A DNA stretch of 59,522 nucleotides, filler included, from Dirinaria sp. TL-2023a (Eukaryota): the NCBI GenBank assembly GCA_051941275.1. It is 10 parts of 10 records of this genome, joined end to end, with 100 filler letters (N's around TTAATTAATTAA, not from the genome) between each part and the next. Parts side by side here need not be neighbours in the genome. Positions count along the whole stretch, not along the records: positions 35,864 to 41,711 come from JAVEBF010001576.1; positions 41,812 to 47,650 come from JAVEBF010001577.1; positions 47,751 to 53,587 come from JAVEBF010001578.1; 7 more parts are not named here. The stretch is one strand, 5' to 3'. The stretch's first letter is position 1, and each line of letters opens with the position of its first letter. The notes under the pieces are model-generated. The model had not been told where the DNA came from. It did no database searches and saw only the letters and a list, made by a program, of their open reading frames with translations. The position numbers and the translations under genes were made by a program. Positions 35,864 to 47,956 of this stretch are shown piece after piece.

Positions 35864-36761
35864 CAGTCGACAGAAATGAACTTCCTCGCCGTGCGAGAGC
35901 ATGGTAAGGGAGTCAAATTATGCTCGTACAGCCAACGAGAGCTGTGCCTGCTTGTCAAAGCGAGATCCATTTAGACTAGGAATACCAAGAAATCCCAAGG
36001 CTCAGAGAAGAGCACTCAACAAAGATATACCAAGACCATCGATGTTCATACTTTTCCTGATGAATTGGTAAATTTCGGCTCTCGTCCTGCAGTAAGTTAA
36101 GAAATATCCAAGTCTATTCCCAAGCGGCAGCGATGATTCCATAAATACAGATTACCAGTTGATATCGCCTACAGCTCGGTTTGTACGAATAGTATGCGAA
36201 GGCACATGCTTTAACGGAGGCCCTCCTGCTTTCCAGTCGAGGAAGGAAGGTCCAGCAGGGGGACGGGGTCCACCCACTTAGTCATCTCCAATCTCTATAT
36301 TTCGCTTTCCCAGCACTTTCTTTCCGTATCTGAACTCTTCATTATATGAGATCAAATTTTCGTCTTCAGGCTTCCGAAAGAACAGTGTTTCGGTATGACG
36401 CGTTAAATACTGCGTGCTGCTGTGACAACCAACAAGCGTCAACTTCGCTTTAACACCGATAGTAGTTCTCAGCTGCTGCGCCAAATAGCGTGTTTAGTGG
36501 GAAGAAATGCTGCTAAGCAGGCTCATAACCTCTTGAACTGTATGGCGAAATCATTGCATTGATTGACTAGAAGTACTCTGCATGTCCAAATAATCTGGCG
36601 TGTTTACTTACATAAGATCAGGGTTCGCGGATACCGCGTTCGTTTCTCAACACCAAAGATGATACCAAATTTTGCTTCTTCAATTCTCTAGGCTTCTGTC
36701 CACTCTGATGCTATACTAGTGGCTAGTCTATATATAAAGTACGGAATAAAAGTTTCCGCAA

Positions 36762-38405
36762 ATGGAGGAAAGCAGCCTCATACAAGACGCACATCCAGCC
36801 ATGCATGACCATGCAGGAGAAACAGGCCGCTATTCAGACCTCTTCCACGTGCCGAGTGATTCAGCTCTGTGCTCAATTCGAGACGAGGCTCAAGCGCCGC
36901 CGCATATACTTACAAAAGCTACACTGCTCGAACATACCTTGCAACAACATGTCGCCTTCCTAAAAAAAGGCCGCTCAGACAGTTGCTTGCAAGAATATTC
37001 CGCTGTGAAGGCTCAAGATAGCTTCGGACGTAAGCGAAGTCGGACGGAGTCAGGTTTGGAGCCTCGAAAGTATCCACCCACCAGCCCATCGATTGCGGTA
37101 GAAGAGAATAAGTCCCTACATCGCGCATCCAGCCTTGACCGCGGCAGGGCCCTCTATCTCGAGTTCTTCGGAGAGGACCACCTCTCATCACTGCCATAGC
37201 ACCCTCTTGACATCAAAGACGATCACGTTGTTCCTGACACAGACGCACAAGATACTGCGTCGTTTTGGCGAGAAGTGGCAACTATGTCTGGTCGTCAAAG
37301 CTTCTTGCCTCAGCCGATAAACTCACAGTCCGGTTCGTCGGGAGGTTCAGGGTCGAGTAAAACACCTAAAGCACATTCACCCTACGATTGGGACTTTATC
37401 GAGCGCGTTCTCCAACCAAGATCTATAATGATTAGTCAGCCATACTATGTCAAAGCTCACATGTATTTCAACGTTGACGAGCCGCGCGGAGATCGTATTC
37501 AGCATTATACAGGGAGGATGAAAGCCCCTGCCTCATCGGTCTGGTTGGACGAGAGAGATGATTTCATTGCGAAAATTGCGGAAGGATATTGCGTTATGAG
37601 TCAGAGACGAATGTGTGAAGCCGAATTCAAGTCTTTTGCGAAGGAAATGATCTTCAAGCGAGAGCGTCGGGTCCAGGATCCCCAACAAGCTGGCGACGAG
37701 CGATGCTGGAGAACAGAGAGGTTACTCGAACCGCTGATCAAGGCAACAGATCTGTGGGAACGCCCACCTTTAGTGGGCAAAGAACACACAAAAATAGGCT
37801 ATGCCTCACATACGGCATACAAATTCGACTTGCGCCCGGACTGCGCCTATTGGCTGTCTCTACAAGCCTTGTCAGCAGAGTACAAGGATCGTTTCCAGGA
37901 GCACACTCTCGTGGTGTATGATACGCTCACTTGCCCCTACCTGACCATCGAATTCAAACGAGACGAGTCCGCGATGCAGGCAGCCCTCAATAAGGTCGCC
38001 GCTGCCGCTGCAATAGCTCTGTATAATCGATATCTGCTAAGAAAGCAGAGCCTCGATTGCGCAAAACAGAAGTGGGACGAGGAGCACGCCAAGCCGCTTA
38101 AGCACTACGGCATCACTTTTACGGGTTCTTGTTACAGCATTTGGTGTATTTCTATGCAATTGACGAATCGATATGCTTGGAGCGGCTGCCGTATGAACCG
38201 AGTGTTCTTCAGTGACTGTACGAATCCCAGGAGCGTGCGCGACTTGATCGACTGGATCAATGAAATCCATTGCTGGGGTCTTACTGTCCATGGACCTGAA
38301 TGTCAGGAAGACATCAAGCGATCCATGAAGGCTGCAGAGGGCTTTACGGGCATCCGAGTGTCCGATGTGCTGCCTTTGGTCTCGTCGGATGAGTTGGACT
38401 CATAG
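36762..38405 (+). CDS. PD-(D/E)XK nuclease-like fungal protein; reading frame interrupted by one TAG at 37197-37199 (pseudogene, readthrough or intron)
   Basis: ORFs 36762-37199 and 37275-38405 share a frame with no other stop between them. Motifs DLRPDCAYWLS and CPYLTIEFKRD, followed by an Ala-rich helix and HYGITFTG. Confidence 0.7.
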
Positions 38406-39900
38406 TTCCGTGCATGTGCTATACCTGTACATAAGCCTGCAGCGACTCGTAGTGGAGGAGAGGAGAAGGGGGGCATGTTGGGGTGTGTTTGAATGCGTGC
38501 TGTAGTTATGAAGCTCTGTCTTCGTGAATCTTAAAGCTTTCCTTTTGGCTGTAATGCAGGTCCGGCATGAAATATTTGCATTTTATTCTGCGGATAATTG
38601 TGAGGGTACGAGGGAATACAAGTCTGAGTTCTAAAAAATGCTATGGAAGGATCTAGGCAGAAATCATGCTAACTAAAGGTGGCCTAGTGGCCTGACGCCA
38701 TAAGGCCGGGAAGGCAGTCACAGGCCTGCCCTGAATACCATGGTAACTACACGGTAAAACAATGCCATATAGAGCGTCATAACAATAACATGGGAAATTG
38801 TCGATGGTAAAAAATCCCTTAACCTCAAAATTTCTCACGATTGGAATGCCGTAATATCTAGAAGATTGGATCTCTCCGCTCTCTCTGCGCACACAATCGC
38901 GGGGAGGGGGCAGAAGATGAATTGATTGCACTGCATACGATGACTCTGACTTGGCCAAAGCGTTCGTGAGCCGACACTAAGTACTGAGATGTCAGACCTT
39001 TCGAGATTTTTTTTTTTTCACCATTCAGAAAACTCATGCTGATCTTCGAAGTTCAGCATGATTATTATAATATACTATCAAGCGTTTGTCACTGCAGTCA
39101 CACCATCTTACTCTACTCTACTGACCCCATCATCCTTCTGGGCAAGTACTCATTTTTGTCTGGTAATCCATCGCACCCCTTTAATATCTCATATTCAAGT
39201 ACGTCCATTTCTCTACTCTGACACAGTAGTGCGAAGGTTTCACGCAATGACGGTTTAATGAAGTGACGATGAACTGATTTACCTCGAAAGTGCTATCATT
39301 AAATAGAGGACTCGTGAAAGCGTGATGATTTTCGAAGGGGATAAAATTATGAGAGAGGACACTGATTGATGAAAAGGGGTTATGTGAAGAAGGGCAGTGA
39401 ACCCTCTATGGGGAGGTATAAGAAAGTAGGGGAAGCTGTGGATAGTCATGGCTTTGGAAGAAAGATCTTTCCATTTAAACGACGAATTGTTTGAACAATA
39501 TTTTTTGATGCATTGTTGCTACTAGGATTGATGGAGTCTTTTTCTTGGGGAAAGAAAAAAACAAAAAAAAAGGTGCGTATTTCGTTTTGCGGGTAGATGA
39601 TGAGTGAAGTAGAGGGAAGTGTACATAGCTTCTGCATACAGGTTTCGTGGATTCAAAGTGCCGAAGTAAGTCCTGATTTGAGGCAAAGAAGTATGATCGG
39701 TTTTTATCCGTCGATTGAAGCATTAACCACTATATCGGCACAGATGCGTGAATTTACTGTACAAATTTGACGTACTAGCAGACCCAGCACTCACGAATAT
39801 CCTTTTTGCCATGCAAGTGATTTCATTGCAACCGAGGATCTAGTCGTATGTTGAAGCTCTCTGATACAGTGGAGAAATCAGTCATTTTAAACAGATACTA

Positions 39901-41711
39901 TTACGATTCGGTCGCTTTGCTCTGCGCTTCTTCTTCCACCGCATGACTCACACAAGCGTCTAAATGGTCGTAGAACTCCTGAGGATTACCGAACGTGGCA
40001 GAGCAAGTTAAGCACTTTGCATTCGCGTCCGGATTAGTTTTCAAGCAGGGTTTCTTGGGACTTGCCGGTGGCTTTTTCCTTCGGCTGTCTGGTGCTGTTT
40101 GCTCTACGCCGTGTACGGAGGTAAGATGTCGCTTGAAGACATCGACACGAGTGTAATATTTTTCGGCGCCAGACCCGGAGTCTGGACAGAAATGGCAGGT
40201 CCAAAGGCCTGTTAAATGGGTCAGAGTGTGACGGTTTCTATCGTATTTGCGCGCGAAGCCTTTCTCATGATATTCGCACGTAACAACCGGACATTTCTCA
40301 GGTCTTTCGGATTCATGCGTCAGCATATGGAGTTTGAGATCTTTGAAGAATCGTCCACAGCCGGGGTTAGGGCATATACCTCTTCCCCTGCCATGCTTAT
40401 CAAACCGAAGGTTCGATGAGCTGGAGAATTGGCGTTGAAGCTCCGCCGGCGACGGCCTGTATCTCTCGGTCTTCAATGTATCATCCCATCGGGAAACTAG
40501 TGCTTGTGGGCTTGTAAGTGCGTAACTTCCACATTCGTCCAGGTGTTTGTAGAGGCTTTGTGCGTCGAGAAATGGAGACTCGCATACTGGACACTCGCTG
40601 TAATAGTTTAGGGCGTTGGCTGGAAAACCGCTGGGTGGAAAACCGCTGCGTGGAAGACCGCTGGGTGGAAAATCGCTGGATGGAAAACCGCTGGTTTGGG
40701 CGTCAGGTGTGACGGGAGTGTCTGCAGAAACGGGTAGTCCTGCTTCATGAATAGAAATCAGATGCTGTTTGAAGGATGCGATACCATCGAAAGTTCTCTG
40801 GACGATGAAACTGTGGCTCGGACAGAAGTTGCACACTATAGGTCTCTGGTAATGCGTCAAGGCATGGTCATTCTTTTCGAGTTGCGTCAAAAAGAGTTGC
40901 TTGCAACCTGTGACTGGGCACTCATATTTTAAATTTGACGGGGGCTTTTCTTGTGCGAGTTCAGACACTCTTGAGGCCTCAGTATCGGAATTAGAACTGT
41001 CATCGGAGCTTTCCTCAGGTTCTTTTGGCAAGGCCATGAGCGCAATTTCTTCCATGTGCTTCCCAACATGTGTTCTGATGTCTCGATCCGTCCCTAGATC
41101 CTCATTGCATAGACAACACCTCTCTTTATCGATAGGTCGAGGTCTCTTCCTACGTGCCGCATCCGCTGCTGAAGAGTTCTGTAATGCTGCGAATGCTCGG
41201 CCATGGGCCTCTTGAACATGAGCGGACCAAGCGGTTCCAGTAAAGCCCTCGAATGGGCATTCAGGACATGCCCAGGCCATGCGAGAGCGGTGCTCCTGCA
41301 TTTCGTGCTCGCTCCATGCTTTGCGCGACGGAAACTGGCGAAGCTCATCATTACAGCCTGCGAAGGTACAGACATACGGCAAAAGATCCTCAAACACATG
41401 GAGTCTGCCAATCAGCACGGGAACGATCTCTTTAGCGTTTTATCAACTTACTTCCAATCCACACGATGCTTGATCCCAGACTGCATTTGACCACAGAGAT
41501 AGCAGCGGAAAGGTCTACCAAGACCTACGTCAACGGGAGTTGGCGGGACTCGTGCCACACCTCTTTCAGCGTCGGCAGGGCCAGAGATAAACGACGTGTG
41601 CGAGGCTTCCGACTGTGCATACTGTGATTTGGCTGCAAGGGTAGTGCCAATCCCAGAATCATGGAATAGGGTCGGAGGTTGAAAAATAGAGCCTGCAATC
41701 GCTCCTTCTGC
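39901..41711 (-). CDS. Multi-C2H2 zinc-finger protein, 5'-truncated by contig end; intron 41451-41405
   Basis: FRCYLC...WKLHVFEDLLPYVCTFAGC and numerous CxxC...HxxxH fingers (e.g. CPNPGCGRFFKDLKLHMLTH, CPVVTCEYHEKGFARKYDRNRHTLTH). Confidence 0.9.
40621..40695 (-). repeat. Coding 15-bp minisatellite x5 (SGFPS SDFPP SGLPR SGFPP SGFPA)
   Basis: Five TGGAAAACCGCTGNN-like units on the + strand. Confidence 0.95.
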
Positions 41712-41811
41712 NNNNNNNNNNNNNNNNNNNNNNNNNNNNNNNNNNNNNNNNNNNNTTAATTAATTAANNNNNNNNNNNNNNNNNNNNNNNNNNNNNNNNN
41801 NNNNNNNNNNN
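41712..41811. other. Artificial contig spacer 7
   Basis: N44-TTAATTAATTAA-N44. Confidence 0.99.
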
Positions 41812-44628
41812 TGTGTACAGCCCCTCCGCCTGCTTATCCATTCTCTCGACATCCTTCTGATGTACTTCAATAACCTTCTTCTGCTCTCGGAAGCGTTTCT
41901 TGGTATCCGATGGCTTTTGTTGATCACCAAAACCATCCGATTCCTCCAGAAGGGCATGTGATAGATCGTCCAGTACTTGCAGCTGATGTTGGAGGACCAT
42001 ATGAATCATGTTAAGTTCGTCCCGAATGTCCTTGGTTTCGGCAAGTAGAGCGGTCTCTTCCCCAATGTCGAGAAGGGTATCGACAAAAGTAGGATCCTTG
42101 GTGATGTCGCTTTCGCCAGAAGGCGCATCGAGGAATATGGACTTCCCACGTTGGCGCTGGGTTTTAAGCCACTGAGCTGCAGCTACAGAAGCATCATTAA
42201 ACCTTTGAAAGAGTTCGGTTTCCTTGTTTGTCTGAATTCAGGTCAGCACAGGAGCTCTAATGATGCCTAAATTCCTCAGAAGACATACTACTTCTCCAAT
42301 GGAGCTTTCAAACATGTCGAGAAACTGGTAATCGCCATCTCCCAGGCGATGCCTATCAAAGACCCCGGAACATCTTCCCGTAATGAGCACTGCCAAGTCG
42401 TATACGGATTTCACGGGAGGGCGGGTCTTCGAGTTCATGTCCTCAATGATCCCATCCAAGACGTTTAGAGGATCATTCTTCGGCTGTTCCCACCGCTGAG
42501 GAAAGCTTGTGACGATCAAATCATTGCCAAGAATCCAAAGCCATAGCTGGTCCACCATGAAAACCTTCTTTTCTTTACCTCTATCCCGTGTATAGCGGAA
42601 GACGACTTGATCCGTATCTCTGCCTTCGGTTGAGATAGCATGGTAGTAGAATTGATCCAAAGTACGTCGGATCTGTAAGTTGTGCGTGCTTTGTAGATAC
42701 GCCTGGATGAGCATCTCATCGCATGTGAAGCCCGAGCCAGGTTCGCACGTTCGGTCTGGTACTGTTGTTGCTCGCTTGATGGCGTCACTCATCATTTTAC
42801 GATTTTGATGGGTCTCGTAATGGAGGTACGGCATAAAAAGGACAATGTTTCCTTTACGCCCTGCCTTTCTGCCTATCGGCGTTCTATTTCGTGATAGTTG
42901 CTTTTCGCCTCTTTTCTTGGGAGGAGTCGATTGAACGCGAAGACCTCCGCTTGCTCGTCTAGAAGAACCGCCAGCCTGGTGACTCGCTTGACCTTTGTCC
43001 GCATTCTTAGGGTTACTTTCGACATTCACGGACTTCTTCGGTGTAGACTTCTTGTCAGGAACATTGTTTGAGGTTTTGTGATCACGAAAAGGAATGTTCT
43101 CCTGCTCCGGCAAGATGATTGTGGGTGTAGGGGTTTCTGACTCAATGTTTGATTGCTCGCTTACACTGTCAGCCACGCCGGTGGAGGGGATGTTCTTTCC
43201 TGTTGGTTGCATTTTTTGGCAGAGTGGGCGCATAAAATGAGAGTGAACTGTAGGTCCGCGATGCTGCTGTCCGAGAATCCTCTCTAATGCTTTGAAGCCT
43301 TCAACATCACTTGCACTATTTTCAATGAAATGTTTCGTAATCAGTGTTTCAACCCATGTCATATTGTTAGCGGGTAAATGTATCCACCTGAAAGCTGGTT
43401 TAGAAGGAACGTTCCTGACCAGCGTGGTCACCGTAGGTCTCTGCTTCTGTTCCTCAAAGCCGTACAGGAGGTCAAAAACCGAATACTTCTTATGGTTCAT
43501 CGTACGATTTTCCATGCCAAAGTCAACTACCGTAGCTTGGAAACCTCTGCAAGCGGCCTGTGCAGTGGCTGAAAGATGTGCACCATCATCTGCTGGAGAT
43601 AGTAGTCGAACGATGTCAATGTGACCGTTCTGAGCTGCTCCTAGCATTGGAGTTTCCTCAAAAGAGTCTTTGCGATCCCTTCGGAGATCATGTTGCTGGA
43701 GGAGAAGTTTGACGACATCCACATGCCCGTTCCTCGCAGACCAATGCAGCGACGTCATGCCACTGGAGGTTGTGGCGTTGACGTTGGCTTTCCATTGCAG
43801 AAGGAGTGAAGCAACATCGACGTATCCTTTTTCGGCCGCATTGTGCAGTGCAGTCCAACCGCCATCACTCCGCGCATGAACATTCGCTCCATTCTCCAGA
43901 AGTACTTTGACTAGCTCCAGACGATTGTTCTTGCTCTCAACTGCCAAATGAAGCGCGGTCTTTCCTCGATTGTTAGTGGCATCTATATCAGCATTGTTCC
44001 GGATTCTGCCTAAAAGCAACAGCTTAGCCAGTGCTTCTTTTCCCGTTGCAGCAGCCCACAATAGTGCCGTTCTTCCATCCTTGTCCCTTGCCTCAAGATT
44101 AAGATCTGTCTGCAATAGTATCTGAACGATTTCACTGCCCCACTTGAGCGCTTTCTCGGACCTTTCCGAGGCCAAGCACAGCATCAAATTCTGGTCGTCC
44201 TCGTCTTTGACATTCACGTCTGCACCAGCTTCTAGGAGCAAGCGCAATATAATTCGATGGTTTCGCTGTGCTGCTGGGAATAAAGCGGTCCGTTTGGCTT
44301 TGTCCCTGGTACTCGTGCTCGCGCCATGTTCGAGGAGCACCCTTACGATCCTGTCCCTTCCCAGTTCCGCAGCTCTATAAAGAGGGGGTATCTCGCCTTC
44401 CAAGACGTCGTTCACTTCTGCGCGCTCCTCGAGCAGCAGTCGAGTCAACGATTCGTGTCCACGACCTGCAGCTCTTTGGAGTGCGACTCTGAGAGCGTCT
44501 CTGAGCACATCTGCCCGCGGAGAGCCTTCTGCCAAAAGCTCCCGGACTCTGGGCTCGTCGCCTTTTCCAGCGGCTTGGATGAACAATGCATGCCATGAAC
44601 TCGGGCCGCCACTGCCGATCGAGGACAT
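41812..44628 (-). CDS. Ankyrin-repeat protein with C-terminal CorA-like region; 3'-truncated; intron 42288-42232
   Basis: About 9-10 ankyrin repeats (GRTALLWAA, GKTALHLAV, GWTALHNAA), then FRWIHLPANNMTWVE, FMPYLHYE, RRTLDQFYY, MVDQLWLWIL, IVTSFPQRW and post-intron LLDIGEETALLAETKDIRDELNMI, as I recall from fungal Ank-CorA-like proteins. The transmembrane end is missing. Confidence 0.85.
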
Positions 44629-45611
44629 GATCCTCCCACAGTGGTAGCTGTCCCGATAGCGTGGTTAAAACGCTACTCGGAAGTTACTAGTATGCAGCAT
44701 TCTCGGTTCTACAGTGTACACGTTGACATGGAGGATCCATTGCCATTCACGAGTGTCGATCGTCGCATTGTGCAGCAGATCTGATCTTGATCATGGCTCA
44801 GCAAGGTCCTGAAGCTTGGTTTGGAATCCTGAATCTGGAGCACTCGACAGGCACAAAGACTTGGTGAGTCATGAATGGTTTTCAAACAGCGATGTTTGTT
44901 GGTCTGGAGAAATTTGCGCGTGTGGCTGGACACGACGTTACTTGGCGCATTAGCGTGATGATTAGAGCGGGCGGATTAACGGGATCGAGTGAGACAGAAA
45001 ATCTTCCACTCGGAAACGGGAGACGCTAATCCGTAGATGCCGCCGACCGAGCACTATCCCTTGGTTGTTCCTCATTATCCCAGCTGCTATGTATGCCTCA
45101 CTTGAAAATATCGGGTTTGCTATATATTTATAGGGTCGAAATCGTACCGCAGAAAGAGAGATGGACATCCACGGCCTTCTCACAGTACTAACTTCAACAA
45201 TTTGAACTTTCAATCCCATGCTCAGTCACTACAGCTGCGGCGACCGTATCCACGCACATGCACATACCGTATCTAGCCATTCTGCTCATCCCTGTACACA
45301 TCAAGACCTGTAAGCAGCTTGGCGAGACAAAATCTTAAAAAGTCCTAGCCATGCGCGACAGTCCGCTATGGAGTGGCTGGAGGCCTGCTTGCGAGCCAGA
45401 TGGACCGTGGATGAACGATGATTTGTCTCGCGACTTAAGCGTGAGCTGGAGGCATTGATGGCTGGTGTGAGGCTTCATCAGTTCTTCAAGATATCGATGC
45501 ATAAGTTGGCTCAACTCTACATTGTTACTTGGATGGCGATTTCATACAGTATCTTGGCGCACTCCATCGTCATAGTTCTCGTTTGCGATCCGCAAAGATC
45601 CTATGACTTTT

Positions 45612-46913
45612 TCATGGTTTAGCTCGGCAGCCTTGCGAGGTCTCGGCGTCATAAATAGGCAGTATGTCTCGACTCGTGTTACATGAGACAGGCTCGAAAT
45701 TCCGACCTCGCTCGGGATCGGTACAGCGAGACTTTAGCTTTTGCTCTGGGAAACGTCAGCGCTTGTAACGAGAGGTCAGGGGGACAGTATCCCTCATACC
45801 AGTATAAACCTCTTTGAAGGTCAACACGATGGATGCGAGCATCAGCATGGGCACGATTTGCCCGAAATTGAGCCTATTTTCGTCGCCATTCATGTCGCTG
45901 CTAGGGATATCGCGGAGAAGAAGAATACCGGCCAGACCCAAAGAAAACCAAAGCAGATCATAGTAAAGATTGATGGTCATAGAACCTAACAGCGCTGCAA
46001 AGCCGAGATAGACCCGTATCAAGCACATGGTCACCCATTGACGAAGGTTGGGCCAAGTTTCTGATCGGATGATACTTCGCTTCGAGAAGTTGGAACCTTG
46101 GCGTTTCGAACGTTGGGCATTGAGGCGCAGAACCTCCCTGGGCCGGCCTAGAAGATACTTATCAACAGCGCTCGTATCGAAGACTCTCCAGATCGAAGTC
46201 GCATAATGCAGGATCAGAGCATAAAAATATGGACTCGTAAGGGCAAAATCCTTATCCGGCTCGTTGAATAAACACTGCGCGGGGCATGGCGTACTCGCAG
46301 CCCAGCGGGGATTGCTCGCCAGGACGATGGCCACAAGCATCATGGCTAACATCATGATCATAATACACACTCGCCAATTGCGCAATGTCTTTCGCTCTTG
46401 TAGATAAATTTTGAGGACGCTCAGGCTTGTCATGTGAGTATTCGAGAACCAGGCTAGATCAACGACGAGCGAGAAGTGATAGACAGAGATGGAGCAATGC
46501 TTCCAGAAGCCTGCTATCAAAATCGCAACGCCGAAGAGGAGCTGGTAATCGCTCAATAGGAGGATCAGGCGCTCGATAATGGGTCGCCAAAAGTCTTTTC
46601 GCTCTTTGCTGACGCGTAGGAGCGACACTTTCTGTAGGACGCGGGATATCCAGCTGTCGATCGCGTTGTTCTCATATCCTCGAAGAATCGAAAAAGTGTG
46701 GCCGATGAATGCGATGAACAGGTTCACCAGACTCGTTGAGACAAAGGCTATAATAACCTTTCCGATGGATTAGTATGTCTCCGTCCGAGGGATATGAGTA
46801 CCGATGCTCACTCCAATGCCCGCGATATCGGAATCCGCTTGGTACTTTCCGCAAACCTGACCTTGCTGATACAGCGTGCAGTCGGGGCCATTCTTCCCGC
46901 ACTTGAGCCCCAT
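45612..46913 (-). CDS. Uncharacterised fungal multi-pass membrane protein; exons 46913-46812, 46757-45800, 45745-45612
   Basis: Spliced DSDIAGIGVIIAF; LSDYQLLFGVAILIAGF..C.ISVYHF..VVDLAWFS.TH; NFGQIVPMLMLA; about 7-8 hydrophobic segments. Confidence 0.85.
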
Positions 46914-47650
46914 TGCCAGCCACTACCCTGTGTAAAGCGAAGGAGTGACTGAGTATTCCATCATCAATCCATATGGGGGTAGGAAAAAAGAGACGATTAC
47001 GTTAAGAAATGATAGCTTGGATCAGACTCATATAGATATATGTATTATCTAGCTGGATTTTTTTTTTCGCGCGGAAAGCATATGGAAATCGCTATTGGAA
47101 GGTATCTAAGCTTAGCACAATCAGAAGCATAAACTAAAGAATGACGCGGGAGCAAGTGTGTGGCACTCGCAGTGAGCCAATCGCAGAACCTCATGGCTTG
47201 AAAGAGGTGGGTGGAAAGGGGGTTCAGCCCAGGGACTAGCGGTGAGGCTGATGGTTACTTTATTACTTAAAGTACCCTACTTTACTTTACCTTAGACCTC
47301 CCAATGGATCCCTGGATGCGTTTCACCCAAGTACTCGTAAGCGAGCGAGCCTTAGCAGCGTGGAAGCGCACTTTAGTGACAGGTGCCGAGCACATCGAAG
47401 GATATTATGGAGGGTATTTCACGTTGTCTACATTGTCAGTTGTCGGTCTCGCTGAAAGCCGCCATATTTCCTCTTTGCCCAAGTATTGATCTCTGAATAT
47501 TTACGAGCGCCGTTCGGTCCATGAAGCGGCATGTTCATTCATCAAGCCCGCTCAAGACTGCAGACTCAAGACCGCCCCCAAGGGCCCAAGAACTCTATCG
47601 CGGTCTAGGTTTTTTGGGGGGGTTCCTTGGCAGGGGCTAGAGCCTAGGGG

Positions 47651-47750
47651 NNNNNNNNNNNNNNNNNNNNNNNNNNNNNNNNNNNNNNNNNNNNTTAATT
47701 AATTAANNNNNNNNNNNNNNNNNNNNNNNNNNNNNNNNNNNNNNNNNNNN
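47651..47750. other. Artificial contig spacer 8
   Basis: N44-TTAATTAATTAA-N44. Confidence 0.99.
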
Positions 47751-47787
47751 TAGGTTTTGTTCTAAGATTTAATTCTACGTTTTACAG

Positions 47788-47890
47788 TACATACATACAT
47801 ACATAGCTGAGGTATCTTATCTTAGGGAGGATTTATATCTGGAAAAGGCAAAGGAAAAGGAAAGGAAAGGGATGGACTGGATGGATGGAT
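47788..47890. repeat. Microsatellite cluster ((TACA)n, (GGAAA)n-like, (GGAT)n) in the PUS1 3' region
   Basis: Directly visible short tandem repeats. Confidence 0.75.
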
Positions 47891-47956
47891 CTGCTGTCTA
47901 TCTTACATCCCCCCCCCTCTCACCAGTCCACACAATTCTCGCGCAAGAGACTTACC

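Noticed and set aside
39263..39365. C/D-box-like GTGATGA...CTGA
   Set aside because: No terminal stem and no rRNA-complementary guide that I can recognise.
47891..47955. GTAAGT donor one base after the PUS1 stop (possible 3' UTR intron)
   Set aside because: No convincing branch site; needs transcript data.
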